In this document: piece by piece, positions 52,911-64,000 of the stretch
Position numbering within the stretch: the stretch's first letter is position 1
Layout: each line of letters opens with the position of its first letter
Translations under genes and position numbers: made by a program
NCBI GenBank assembly: GCA_021613535.1
Contig: CP075494.1
Coordinates: 11,656,001-11,720,000 of the forward strand
Source of the DNA: Adineta vaga
Taxonomy: Eukaryota; Animalia; Rotifera
Direction: 5' to 3'
DNA: 64,000 bases
Notes under the pieces: model-generated
Database searches by the model: none
Seen by the model: only the letters and a program-made list of their open reading frames with translations
What the model was told of the DNA's origin: nothing

Positions 52911-55311
52911 TTACATCATTGAACAGCAAATAAAAGAACGTTTTTTATCGATTTTATTGACAGTTTTTGACATGTTAGAATCTATCTGTGATTCAATCAA
53001 CATTCGAAAACAGGATAATTCTGTTAATGATAATGTTTCGCCAGTTTTGCGTAATGAATCTTCTTGTAGAAGAGTTAAAATTTGATTTGTATTACCATTT
53101 CTAATATATTCGTTGATATATAACAAACTACGACCGTTTAAATCGATGAGAAGACGAGCCATTTGCGTGAGATTATTGCCCACAAGCCATTCTTGTACGT
53201 GCGTCTGGGTCCAGTTCGCGATATTTTTTTCAGGTACAGGTGAAGGAGTCAGTTTTGCTGGTGCTATTGAAAGAATAGCAGGTGCAATAATTGAGTCGCG
53301 TTCCACTTGAACGTTAATTCTGTTTCTATCAGTTACATCGGTTGCTTTGAGTTCTTTCATCAACATTTCCATTGCACGATCAAAGTCATATTTAGTAAAG
53401 TCAACATACAATAGTTGACCGATCAGAAATAACAACCAACCATCGGGCTTGTAATGCTTTTGCATAAGAACAGGAACAATTTGACGTTGTTGTTGAAATG
53501 CATAATGTGCTTCAGCTCGACAAAAGTTACTCTTTCGATATTGTTCACTCATACAGATGATGATTGTTTGTGATCGATCGATGGCTTGTGCCATTGCATC
53601 CATGACATTACCATGCATTTGATCAAAGTCGATCCATACTCGATAGTTTCGTCGAATGAGTTCATCGTAGAGCTGTTTACAAAGTACTTTATCTTTGTGC
53701 GAATAGCTGATCATGAAATCGAAAGTGTCTTTGGGTGAGATATCGTCAGTGGTAGGATGATGTTGTTGATTGATCTGAAGATTCCAAAGAATACCAGTGG
53801 TTGCTTTTCGTATCTGTTCATCATCAGATTGTTTTGACAAGTGAGATAATTTCTCGATGAATGTTGAATTGGAAAGAAGTTGTAGTTGAATATCACGATT
53901 GAATGAGAGACCCCAGATGATGTCAAAGGTAAGTGGATATTCATCACTAATCTCAATGAATAATGGTACTTTGTTCAAATCAGCAGTTCTTTGTTGAATG
54001 ACATCATTTTTTGAAAGACCCACAAAACCTAACATTAAGAATATTTTGACTCGAGTATATTTTCGAAAAAAACTTACTTCGTAGTAGATAAGAAATAGGT
54101 ATTTGTTTATATTTTTTCGATGAGTTATGCCAACTTTGCTCAAGGATATTGTAGAAAAAATGGCCTGCATGATCAACAAACTTCAATTCCTTGAGTTTAT
54201 CACCAGGTAAAGTTTCACCTAATATAGCATAAGCATATAGAGAAGTCAGAGTACACGTTGATGTTTCTGCCACTTTGCATACCGTATCGAGTATTGAGGG
54301 ATTTGAACGGAAGATCCAATTGACATTATGTTTTTGTACAATAAATAATAAACACTTGAAAATAGTGTGCATCAATAAAGTTTCATTATTTAACTGTTTA
54401 GATTGATTCTTTTTTTGAAATGGCTCATAACTAATTATTCGCAGTAACGATTGAACAAATCCGGACATGATCTGTTCATTAGAAAACAGTATTTTTCTTT
54501 GTACTGATTTTGCTCCACCCCACCAAACACATGCTAGAACAAGACCAGTAAGATGTAAGATCGAACAAAGAAACTTGTCGTTCCATGACTGAATCATTTG
54601 ACTGTGAGTATTCATTATTTGTAAGTATTCCTTTCTAACATGTTCTAACATTTCTTCTCGAGTAAAAATAAAGTTTTGTACTCTGGCAGTCAAATATGAA
54701 CATAGAGAGAATGAACATGTTTTAACATAGAACACTTGTTTCGGTGTAAAAATTGTTTCATGTAATTCGGATTGTTGCAATTGATGTAGATAGATTTTGA
54801 ATTGATCTGTCATGAGATAATAACGTGCGATAGATTGATTGATATGACAAAAGATTGGCAATGTATCATATTCAGGATTTTCACGAAGAAAATACGAAAG
54901 ATTATCAAAACAACGACTGACTATGCTAATAAATGGATCATTATCATCATGACTTTGATTAATTTGCTGAAATATGCGATCGATTTGTTCATTGATCTTA
55001 GGTATTAGAAGAGTTGCTTGAAGATCACTGTCGATATTTTGATAATTCCAGATTAAACTTTCATGAAATGATGACAATGTTTCAAATAATGACAAATAAT
55101 CTAATCGTTGAATCCATTGAGAAGAATCTAAACTGAACTGTTCCCATGTCCAATCTTTTAGATCACTAAGAGATCGAAATGATACAGAAATAAATGAGGA
55201 AAACGATTCGGATGTCTGTTGTTTGATAAGAAGAGTAATTTTTCTTAAAACATCAGTTGATGGTGATTTGATCGAAAGTATATTGACAAGTTGCTCGAAA
55301 GTATCTTCCAT
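52911..55311 (-). CDS. ARM-like/TIR/SAM-like protein, paralog 3 (783 aa; intron 54029-54077; C-terminal CCSMM)
   Basis: ORFs 54004..55311 and 52911..54179 join at the family-conserved phase-1 intron. FDFMISYSHKD, SNFCRAEAHYA, WTQTHVQEWL. Confidence 0.9.
53352..54001 (-). repeat. 650-nt near-identical repeat, copy A (last ARM-like repeats + TIR of paralog 3); partner at 56942-57591
   Basis: Manual alignment at offset 3590 shows 4 mismatches. Confidence 0.93.
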
Positions 55312-56509
55312 GATTGATTGATAGAATATTTCGTTTTAATTATACCTATGTGTAAAATGAGATGATGTTGATCATCAATACTTTACAGTTATACTACTCT
55401 TATATTTATTCAATAATTTAATCTATAGTTAACGTCATATTGAATATCACTGACGTTTCTTATTTTTATGATTCACTTTATAATGAATATTTGTCGCTTG
55501 CATCTGTTTTCGTTTTGGATAATGTGAAGAGAATTAATGTCAATATTGAAATATTTTCATCAGTTATTCAATATTTGTTAACGAAAAAATTTGGACTCCG
55601 TTAACGTCCTTTACGAATAATCAAAGCTGTTCGTTGAAATCGTCATAACACAATGAATAACTTCAACAATCTATTGCAAATGACAGAAATAGTTAGTCAA
55701 GTGATTAAACGCGTCAATTGATTGTCTTGAAAGTTGTATTATCTACTAATATTCTTCGTTTTACATTCGTATTTCTTTTGTGTGTATCAGGGTTGTTGAG
55801 AAGAATATTTTATCCTAGAATAAATATAATCCATAGTTAATCTTTCTTCGGCTGTTAACTCGTAATTATAGCTTTACAAATATTTCTATAGAAACGATAA
55901 TTCGAAGCGTATTTGAAATATTTAGAATGAAATTCTAAAATATACATTTTCATTGTTACGTATAAATATATATGTTTTGATGGATGTCGTTTTCTATAAA
56001 TGCTCTTTCGACACTGATCATAATTTCATGACATGCGACTCGATCATGTTCACAAAATATTACTATTTCTTCTATTTATTACTCGATTCTCAAAGTCAGC
56101 ATCTAAATTAAAAGCAATCGATCTGATTCGTTCGAGTTCAAGTTAATCGACGTTTGAAAAATCTATATCATCTTCAAAATCATTCCTTATGATATTTGAA
56201 TCCAGCTATTTTTACTCTTTATCAATTCACCATAAGCATTCATTTAAATCAATTGATTGATTTCTGTAGCTGAAAGAACAGGAATATTGAAAGCTTCATA
56301 TTTCAACCGCACACCACCAATCCAACTTTATATTATACAAAACAATATTGTCAATGCATGTTTATTCTGATCGTAGTTTTGATGTTACTTCCAAAATATC
56401 GATTATTCACAGTCAGTAACTAAGCAATAAAGATAATGATTTTCCAACATTTTTGTCAGACCTTCCCAACAAATTTTTATTTTATAAACTTATATGCTTA
56501 CAAAAAAAT

Positions 56510-58980
56510 TTAAACATCACTATTTTCACCACTTTTTCTTGATTTCATCGATTTCAATGATCGAGCAAATCGTTTTTGTTCATCAATCAACGCTTGTAAA
56601 CGTGATAGCTCTATAAGAGATAACGTCTCATCTATACGACACATACACTCTTCCTGCAATGATTTCAACGTTTGATTAGATTCACCATATTTCATATACT
56701 TATTCAAATAAAGTAAACTTCTTCCATCACAATCGATCAAAAGACGAGACATTTGTGGAAGCTTATGATCTATCAACCAGTTATGCACATGCATATGCGT
56801 CCATTCTAATATATTTTGTAAAGCACTTGGTTGTGTAGATGAAACTCGTAAGCATACTGCTGATTTACAAAGTATTGAGACAGTCTTTTCTTTTTGACAA
56901 ACGGGCTTCAGGTCAATTTCAACATACTGTATTTCTTTTAATTCTTTCATCAACATTTCCATTGCACGATCAAAGTCATATTTAGTAAAGTCAACATACA
57001 ATAGTTGACCGATCAGAAATAACAACCAACCATCGGGCTTGTAATGCTTTTGCATAAGAACAGGAACAATTTGACGTTGTTGTTGAAATGCATAATGTGC
57101 TTCAGCTCGACAAAAGTTACTCTTTCGATATTGTTCACTCATACAAATGATGATTGTTTGTGATCGATCGATGGCTTGTGCCATTGCATCCATGACATTA
57201 CCATGCATTTGATCAAAGTCGATCCATACTCGATAGTTTCGTCGAATGAGTTCATCGTAGAGCTGTTTACAAAGTACTTTATCTTTGTGCGAATAGCTGA
57301 TCATGAAATCGAAAGTGTCTTTGGGTGAGATATCGTCAGTGGTAGGATGATGTTGTTGATTGATCTGAAGATTCCAAAGAATACCAGTGGTTGCTTTTCG
57401 TATCTGTTCATCATCCGATTGTTTTGACAAGTGAGTTAATTTCTCGATGAATGTTGAATTGGAAAGAAGTTGTAGTTGAATATCACGATTGAATGAGAGA
57501 CCCCAGATGATGTCAAAGATAAGTGGATATTCATCACTAATCTCAATGAATAATGGTACTTTGTTCAAATCAGCAGTTCTTTGTTGAATGAAATCGTGTT
57601 TGGATAGAGCCAAAAACCCTAAAAAGTAGAAGTGATTGATATTATCATCATGTAGTTGAATTTAGAAGAAATTAAATTTTACAAAAAGGAACCGTTCTGA
57701 AAGGTCATCAAATAAAACAGTTTTTATGAAACAATGTTTTTACCTTGCAATAGATGTTCAATCGATACTTGTTTGTATTTTTTCAGTGTATGACGCCAAG
57801 CTTTTTCAAGCATATTGAAGAAAAATCCACCGATCGCATCGCACACTTTTAAATCGCTTATCTGCTCCTCCGTCAGAGCCTTACCCAATATACCATAAAC
57901 GCTAAGACTAGTTTCCTCAAACGGTGATGTCTCAGCCAATATTAAAAGTGTATTTTGTATAGAAACGTTTGAACGAAAAAACCAATTGATATCTTGAGTT
58001 TTCACTATAAACATCAGCATCGTTAATATGGCGTCTATCAAACTTGTCTCATCATTGAATCGTACAGGTTTTATTAGTTTATGAAATGGTTTATGATCAA
58101 TTATGCGAATAAGATCTTGTATATAATCGCAAACGATTTCTTCTGTAGCGCAAATAATTTTCAAATCTGCATAATTCTCACCATCCCACCAACAAAGTCC
58201 AACCGCAAAAGAGATCAACTGTGTCATGCATGACAATAATTCCTTGCTCCAGAAAGCTACTGTTTTGCTATGAATATGCACGATTTGTAGAAATTCTTGC
58301 TTAATCTGCGAAATTAAATCAACAGCCGTATACGGAAATTTGTGAGCTCCTACTCCTATAAAGGAGAATACTGAGAAGGAACATGTTTTGACATAAAATA
58401 ACATTTTAGCAGTGAAAATTGACTGAAGTAGGTCCACTTGCGAGATTTGTTTCAGATAATTTTGATATTGTTTACTAACTATATAGTTATGCAAAATATA
58501 TTGATTAAGATGATGGGTAATCGGTAATGGATTGGAAAGTGGATTATCCTGAATGAAATATGCATGATTATCAAACCAAAGTGCAGCAATAGCAATAAAT
58601 GTGTCATTCTCATTATCACTATTATTGATTTGTTTGAATATGGAATTGATTTCATCAATACTGACTGAGAACAGAAGTGTTGCTTTTGCATCAGCATCAA
58701 TCGTATCATAGAGAAAGATGAGATTTTTGTTGAATGATGCAAGTGCATAAAATAATTCTACGATTGAAGATTGATCGATCCATCGATGATGATTATCATC
58801 AGAGAGCAGTTTCCACATCCATCTTTCGAGAATGAACAATGGTTCGTAGGATTGACGGATGAATGATGCTAAAGATTGATCCGTTTGCTGTCTAAGGATG
58901 AGATTTAGTTGTTGAACGGTATCGATCGATAAATTATGTGTATCCAGAGAGGAAACAAGTTGGCCAAACGTACTTTCCAT
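56510..58980 (-). CDS. ARM-like/TIR/SAM-like protein, paralog 4 (781 aa; intron 57619-57743)
   Basis: Same architecture and intron position as the other paralogs. Ends KSRKSGENSDV*. Confidence 0.9.
56942..57591 (-). repeat. 650-nt near-identical repeat, copy B (paralog 4)
   Basis: Matches 53352-54001 with 4 mismatches. Confidence 0.93.
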
Positions 58981-59337
58981 TCTGTTCTGTTATTTTTCTG
59001 ATTGTGAAGTCGTATTAAATTGTTATTTCTTTCATGTATTTATACAAATTCACATACAATACCTGTCACTTTCCATTCATAGCTGCACAATTATTGGTAA
59101 TTTCATTCTAATGGGGATATTATTTATCGAAAGAAAATCATTTCATTATCGTATTTTCTGTTATATTCACAGTGAAATAGAAAAAAATGCTGTTTCATAA
59201 TCGAGTATTTTACAACCTTTCGTCCAAAACGGATGAATCAGATAAATAAATCCATGAATAATAACGACGTTTTCTATACAGTTTATTATATTCAACAAAA
59301 TATTGAAGCTGCATTGTATTTGTCTTCAACAGTGTAA

Positions 59338-61922
59338 TTAAGATAAATCTTTTTTTTTCAGTACGTCAGTTTCCCTTCCCAATGCAGCTTCAAATGCTAT
59401 ATCTGTGGTTGTCAATTGCTGATTGTGCTTTTGTTGATACATCAACGATTGAAAACGCGACAGTTCAACCAATGATACACTTTCATTCAGTCGACGAATA
59501 CTATCTTCTTGAAGTAATGATAGTACTACGGATGATTGACCATGTTTCACGTATTTATACAAATGAATCAAACTTCGACCATCGTAATCATTCAAAAGAC
59601 GAGATAGTTGAACAAGTTGATGATCGATCAACCACTGTTGAACTTGTATTTGTGTCCATTCTAGCATTAGATGAGGCTTTGCTGCAGTTGATGGTACTCG
59701 AACGGATGAAGAAATGGCTGGAATAGAAGTTACAATAGTTGTCTCTTGCTTTGATGGAACAAGTGTAATGTTGTTTTCATGATTGTCGTTGGCTCTGAGT
59801 TCTTCCATCAACATTTCCATTGCACGATCAAAGTCATATTTAGTGAAGTCGACATACAATAGTTGACCGATCAGAAATAACAACCAACCATCGGGTTTGT
59901 AGTGCTTTTGCATGAGAACAGGAATAAGTTGTCGTTTTCGTTGAAATGCATAATGTGCTTCTGCTCGACAAAAGTTACTCTTTCGATATTGTTCACTCAT
60001 ACAGATGATGATTGTTTGTGATCGGTCGATGGCTTGTGCCATTGCATCCATGATATTGCCATGTATTTGATCAAAGTCGATCCATACTCGATAGTTTCGT
60101 CGAATGATTTCATCGTAGAGCTGTTTACAAAGTACTTTATCATCATGCGAATAGCTGATCATGAAATCGAAGGTGTCTTGAGGAGAGATATCCGTTGTTG
60201 GATGATGTTGACGACCGATTTGTAGATTCCAAAGAATACCATTCGTAATTTGACACATTTTATCGCTATCACATTCTTTAGCCAAATGAACCAATGTAGA
60301 CATGAAGGATTGATCGGAACGAAGTTGCTGTTGAATATCACTATTGAACGATAACGTCCATAGAATATGATAGATAATTCGATATTGTTTAGATACATCA
60401 ATGAGAAGTTGAATTTTGTTCAAATCAGCAGTTCTTTGTTGTATGGAGTCATTTTTAGATAGAGTGCGAAAATCTGCAAAACAAATGTATGCAAATCAGT
60501 CTGCAAGTTATTGTAGAAGAGAAAAAAATATGTAAGGTATGAAGAAACATCGAGCACTTCCAGGATTCATTATGTAATCTCATTCTATCTAGACAGATAA
60601 AACATTTCTATCATCATCATCATCATCACTTTTCGCTGAGACCCTTTTTCGCCTGATCGTGAGTGTAAAAATAAATTTTATGATTTACCTCTCAAAAGAT
60701 ATTCGATGGGTATCTGCTTGTATTCTTTTGATGGATGTTGCCAAGCTTCTTCAAGCATTTTGAAAAAGAAATCAGCCATACTATTGGTAATTTTCAATTC
60801 TTTCAATTGTTCATCTGTTAAAACTTCACCCATAACAACATACGCTCGTAAACAGATTTCATCGTATAGTGATCTTTCAGCCACGACCAGAAGTGTTTCT
60901 CGTATTATTGAATTTGATCGAAAGAACCAATTAATGTTTTGAGTTTTGACAATATTTAATAAAACCATCAATATTGAATCGATCAATACAGTTTCATCAT
61001 TAGATCGTACGGATCGAATTTCTTTATGAAATTGATCATAACTTAGGATATGAATCAATTCTTGTACATGATTACATGTTATCTGTTCCGTTGCAAAGGG
61101 TACTTTTATCTGTGTTCCATTCTTTTCATCTGACCAATAACATTTCGCAATAACACCTGTTAAATGTCCAATACATGCTATTAAATCTTTATTCCACAAC
61201 ATAACTGTTGAACTATGAATATGAATGATTTGTAAATAATCATCACTAAGATATCGAAGAATTCCATCAGCTGTATAAAAACATCGATGATCTTTTGAAC
61301 CCAAATAGGCAAATAATGAAAATAAACTTGTTTTAATATAAAATAACATTTTAGCTGTAAAAATCAAATCTAATTGATGTAATTGTCGAAGTTGAAATAA
61401 ATAGGATTTAAATGGTTTCTTCATTATATAATTACATATTATGTATTGATTGATATGGTCAGTAATAGATAATTTATTTGAATGAGGATTATCATGTAAA
61501 AAGTACGAATGACTATCAAACCAAAGACTAACAATGGAAATAAAAGGATCATTATCATCGGTAGTTTGTTCGATTTGTTCGAATATATGATTGATTTGAT
61601 CAATCGTAACAGGAAATAGAAGAGTGGCTTTTCGATCAATTTCGATAGTATTATAATCATAGATCAATTGTTTATTGAATGAAGCAAGAGTATGAAATAA
61701 TTCTCGATAAGAAGATTCATTAATCCATTGGTGAGAACTTTGACTAAGAAGTTGCCAAGCCCAATATTCGAGAATTAGTATCGAATCAAAACATTGAGAA
61801 GCAAATATTGATAAGGATTCATCGATTTGTTCTTGAAGAATAAATTTTGTTTGATCAAGAGCTTTCGTTGATGTAAAGGATGTAGAAAATTGGGTAACAA
61901 GTTGCTCAAAATGATCGTACAT
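59338..61922 (-). CDS. ARM-like/TIR/SAM-like protein, paralog 5 (789 aa; intron 60474-60688)
   Basis: Same architecture. The in-frame join reads YLLR|DFRTLSKNDSIQQRTADLNK. Ends KKKDLS*. Confidence 0.88.
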
Positions 61923-62731
61923 TTGTTTACGATGGATATTGTCTACTTTTCAATACTTTTATTTTGAAATATTATTCTCTTTACTCCGTGCACAATATTT
62001 ATTTATGATTAATTTTTTCTGTGCTTTATCCTTAAGCAAATCATATATCGATTAGTATTTACATAGAATTTTTCTTTCTTTTTAATTAAAAACAACTTAG
62101 GTTTACTCACGTTTTGTTTCTTCTGCAACGGTAAGGATGCTAACGAACGGAACGAATTATAAGCAAAAAGGTGAAACTAAAGCAAGTCGCTTATGATTGG
62201 TCAGGAAATTTTTGGCAAGGTTCCTAAATAATTTTAACATCAGTGGATAGAGTATGTTCTTCTCTATCAATTTAGGTATTTGGTTTTTATTTAAAAATAG
62301 GTATTGAGTGATAGGGGGCGTTTTTCTTCATATGGATGTCGTTGTATTATGAACGTATAGAATATGAATCACTATTGCGCATATCAATTGTTTTATATTT
62401 GTAGTTTAATTAAGAAGAAAATTTATTAAAAATATAAAAGCTCTTAGAGAAATTGACTGTTATCTGTTGTTCTAGGATGCACAAGGGAAGAACTATATAG
62501 TGTATTATGATTGAAATAATAGTTGATGATTAACCTAAATTTTGAAAAAAAGATATTTCTGATTGAAGTTAGATTCATTTTTTTCTATTGACAGATGAAA
62601 TGAGTTGAGATAAAAAGACTTGTTCTGAAAGTCAAATTGCGGACAAATTATTAAACTAAATTCAAATAGACGTTACAGATTAATCTAATATTATATTGAC
62701 TTAAAATAGACACGAATACATTTGAAAGATA

Positions 62732-62948
62732 CTCAGGCAGACAAAATCGATAAAAAACGCGCTTTACCAGAAAAAACGACGTTCTTATGTTTGTGTTTTT
62801 CAACAAAACATATTTATTACGTAAAAAAATACACTTTTGTGCGCGCACAAACGTTGTTATTGGCTATTTTCTGTTGGAAAAAACCAACATAAGAACGTTG
62901 TTTTTTTTCTCGCGAATCGCGTTTTTTTATCGATTTTTTCTGTCTGGG
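62732..62948. mobile_element. MITE / non-autonomous DNA transposon (217 bp) with ~85-bp imperfect terminal inverted repeats and TA flanks
   Basis: The left arm CTCAGGCAGACAAAATCGATAAAAAACGCG...CGTTCTTATGTT matches the reverse complement of the right arm CCCAGACAGAAAAAATCGATAAAAAAACGCG...CGTTCTTATGTT. TA lies on both sides (62730-31, 62949-50). A central perfect palindrome TTTGTGCGCGCACAAA sits at 62836-62851. Confidence 0.8.
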
Positions 62949-64000
62949 TATTATAGCCAGATTTCGTTGAGATGATCATTTGTGACAATATGTTCATGAG
63001 ATAGTAAAAGTTCAGAGATAAAAATAGACACAAATCTGTTTTTTTGACTGATGGAATCAAGATAAGTCCACCGAGTAGTATTCTCATGCGTTCTGACGTA
63101 CAAACCTACATATAGACAAAACTGTAATAATATTTGAAATAGTTAGACTTTGTCGTAACACATGATAACGCAGTTCATCAACTAAAGATCCTCATGAATG
63201 TATATTTGTCTCCAGAAATGATTTTATTCGAATAGATTGTGTTTATAGTTTAATTATCATGACTATGAGTGATAAATAAGATTTTATATATATCTCGTAT
63301 AGCGCATCATCAACATGAATATCTCAGAAAATTTAATAAAATTATAAATGAGATATAAATTATTAGGAATTATCAGATTCTTATAAATCTACTAATAAAT
63401 GAAACATATCAGTTTAAATGGGAAGATTTTTTATCACTGATTAGATTAGACTATCATATCTGATATTAGTATGAACATCACCGGACGGTTAAATGGAATT
63501 AGTAGATTGCAATCACTCGGTAAGAAGTTCAAATTTAATCAGAGGAAAATAAATAAAAAAATACATAGTGGTGTTTAATGAGTTGACCGAGGTGTTAGAG
63601 TATACCGTCTTAAAATAATGGATAGGTTACAAACATGGAAAGTGAAAGATTACAGATAGATGTCAGAAATAATATAACATCAATATGATAAATTTATTTT
63701 TTTCTAAAGCCGTTAATAACCGCGGTTTGAGCATACGGCGATCTCGAGCGGTGTAGAAAAACCTAATAAAAGGTCTGACTTTTTCGGTGCAAAATCACCG
63801 TTCAAAACCGCAAGTAATAAACCATTAATTGCCACGGTATTTCTTGAAAAATTTTTCCTTGGGAAAACAGATGAATCACCATGTGTCATTGTGGTACAGC
63901 AGTTAGTATAACCAAATAGATCAAACATACCAGTTGATGATGAAAACGTCTTAATGATCGATTGGAAATTTCTGTACGGTCATCATGCATCATCGGATTT

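Noticed and set aside
62129-62330. Possible DNA-transposon remnant (GATAGAG...CTCTATC mini-hairpin)
   Set aside because: No terminal repeats or TSD could be defined, so there is too little support.

Overview
AT-rich, gene-dense eukaryotic (metazoan) DNA with mostly ~50-60 nt GT-AG introns. The style and gene content suggest a bdelloid rotifer, but this is inference and not proven by the sequence. Conserved genes in order: FAM78(-), YTHDC1(-), RPS4(+), MSH2(+), a claudin/PMP22-like tetraspan(+), Yorkie/YAP(-), CCDC103(+), two orphan single-pass membrane proteins, a class A GPCR(+), a 2-Cys peroxiredoxin(+), GRB2(+), two identical 5S rRNA genes(-), a giant multi-saposin prosaposin(-), a rhomboid(-), a KCMF1-like zinc-finger gene(+) and a six-repeat cysteine-rich surface protein(-). 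There is also a 217-bp MITE near the right end. The most striking content is a five-member family of ~780-aa proteins in two convergent tandem clusters (32.3-37.3 kb on +, 52.9-61.9 kb on -). Their architecture is [divergent helical/ARM-like region]-[TIR with the putative catalytic Glu]-[SAM-like]-[CaaX in 3 of 5], a domain-permuted SARM1-like layout. Within each cluster the TIR-coding DNA is almost identical (350 nt with 3 mismatches; 650 nt with 4 mismatches) while the flanking regions are highly diverged. This points to gene conversion that homogenises the effector while the putative sensor diverges. Two very tight same-strand gene pairs (RPS4-MSH2, PRDX-GRB2) look like SL-trans-spliced operons. 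Exon boundaries and mismatch counts were read by eye.
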